Shown here: positions 33,231-33,909 of the stretch, piece by piece
Position numbering within the stretch: position 1 is the first letter of the stretch
How the letters are laid out: each line of letters begins with the position of its first letter
From: an uncultured Anaerolineaceae bacterium
GTDB lineage: Bacteria > Chloroflexota > Limnocylindria > Limnocylindrales > CSP1-4
Direction: 5' to 3'
Length of the DNA: 33,909 nt
Assembly: GCA_964642085.1 (NCBI GenBank)
Contig: CAZXLP010000001.1
Span: 1-33,909 of the forward strand
Position numbers and translations under genes: made by a program
Notes under the pieces: generated by a model
What the model was told of the DNA's origin: nothing
What the model saw: only the letters and a program-made list of their open reading frames with translations
Databases searched by the model: none

Positions 33231-33488
33231 ATGGCAATCGTGAGAGTCACCCCAACGCAGGTCGACGTCAGCACGGGACTGTTCGACGGACGTCCGCGTT
33301 CAATCCGCGTCGCGCGTGAACGCGTGCCGGTCATCGAGATCGCGAATATCCGTGACGAGCTCGCGGCGTACCCCGTCGAGCGCGGCCCGCGACGCATCTT
33401 CGAGGTCCGCACGCCGGATGCGCGGCTGAGGCTGGCCTTCGAGAGGCGGAGCCGCCGCTGGCTGCTGGAGGGTCTCGAAGCGGCCTGA
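33231..33488 (+). CDS. 85-aa hypothetical protein under apparent LexA control
   Basis: AGGAGG at 33218-33223, then ATG 33231. MAIVRVTPTQVDVSTGLFDGRPRSIRVARERVPVIEIANIRDELAAYPVERGPRRIFEVRTPDARLRLAFERRSRRWLLEGLEAA. Arg-rich, no TM helix. Confidence 0.6.
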   Translation: MAIVRVTPTQVDVSTGLFDGRPRSIRVARERVPVIEIANIRDELAAYPVERGPRRIFEVRTPDARLRLAFERRSRRWLLEGLEAA

Positions 33489-33505
33489 TCCCGGCGCCAG
33501 CTCAC

Positions 33506-33529
33506 TCGGGGGCTGTGCCCTGCCCCCGA
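33506..33529 (+). terminator. GC-rich hairpin after the small SOS ORF
   Basis: tcgggggc-tgtgccct-gcccccga (8-bp stem). Confidence 0.35.
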
Positions 33530-33552
33530 AGGTGCGTGCGACAATCGAGACC

Positions 33553-33909
33553 ATGGCGGGCTCCCGGGAAACACTTGCGAGTTTGACGCTGGCCGAGTTC
33601 TCGGAGCGCCTCGCGTCGGCCGATCCTGTGCCAGGCGGCGGCAGTGCATCGGCGATCGCGGGGAGCATCGCCGCAGGCCTCGTGGCGATGGTTGCGCGAC
33701 TGTCCCTGGATCGGCCCAAGTACGAGCCCTACCGAGAGACCAACGAGCGCGGCCTCGAGACCGCCGAGGCGGCGCGCGTCAAGCTCCTCCAGTTGGCGGA
33801 CGACGACGCGCGCGCGTACGGCGGCTTCTCTGTGGCGCGCAAGATGGCGCACGACACGGCCGACAAGGAGGAAGCTCGCAAGGGCGCCACGCAGGTGGCT
33901 GCGCGCGAC
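33553..33909 (+). CDS. cyclodeaminase/cyclohydrolase (FTCD C-terminal-like) family protein, 3'-partial
   Basis: Not in the ORF track because it runs off the window end. ATG 33553. LAEFSERLASADPVPGGGSASAIAGSIAAGLVAMVARLSL matches the family N-terminus. Confidence 0.6.
   Translation, partial: MAGSRETLASLTLAEFSERLASADPVPGGGSASAIAGSIAAGLVAMVARLSLDRPKYEPYRETNERGLETAEAARVKLLQLADDDARAYGGFSVARKMAHDTADKEEARKGATQVAARD

Noticed and set aside
1-33909. CRISPR arrays, rRNA/tRNA genes, prophage or conjugation genes
   Set aside because: None seen. The only tandem repeats are two short in-frame coding repeats (7147-7218 and 20978-21031).

Overview
High-GC bacterial chromosomal segment (about two-thirds G+C by eye). 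Gene content and Cheo-type SOS operators fit a Chloroflexota/Actinomycetota-like lineage, but that placement is inference only. I can support about 40 CDS. I saw no rRNA, tRNA, CRISPR array, transposase or integrase.

Layout, left to right:
1. 468-5778 (+): a five-gene, translationally coupled phosphorelay: Hpt, receiver/HD-GYP, hybrid histidine kinase with two receivers, lone receiver, LuxR-type regulator.
2. 5765-11459 (-): exported protein, pcm, two membrane proteins (one with a perfect tandem repeat), a small-membrane-module::MFS fusion, and a membrane HD-GYP phosphodiesterase.
3. 11460-15556: a more AT-rich stretch with a possible leader peptide plus hairpin, a very large MalT-like STAND NTPase carrying a C-terminal SARP (wHTH+BTAD) module, and a dodecin.
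4. 15649-19353: lipoprotein, dnaB, lexA with a textbook operator-in-promoter, and a gene divergent from lexA.
5. 19430-27578: a redox/copper/thiol-flavoured stretch: OsmC, SHOCT/Met-rich/cupredoxin protein, flavodoxin-like protein, Zn-ADH, VKOR, truncated DsbA-like gene, DoxX.
6. 27701-33909: DUF1232 protein, rplI, a coupled asparagine-synthase / Mur-ligase-like pair, dinB, a small ORF, and a partial cyclodeaminase-like gene.

The three items most worth follow-up:
- 23695-26646: interleaved partial duplications of the ADH and VKOR gene ends that differ almost only at synonymous sites. They look like two alternative cassettes of one variable locus stacked in series.
- 33159-33488: an 85-aa ORF next to dinB, behind two SOS boxes and a promoter nearly identical to the lexA promoter.
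- 28653-31810: the GTGA-coupled AsnB / truncated Mur-ligase pair, whose ligase carries a Cys-rich tail.

All family assignments come from motif recognition by eye; no searches were run.
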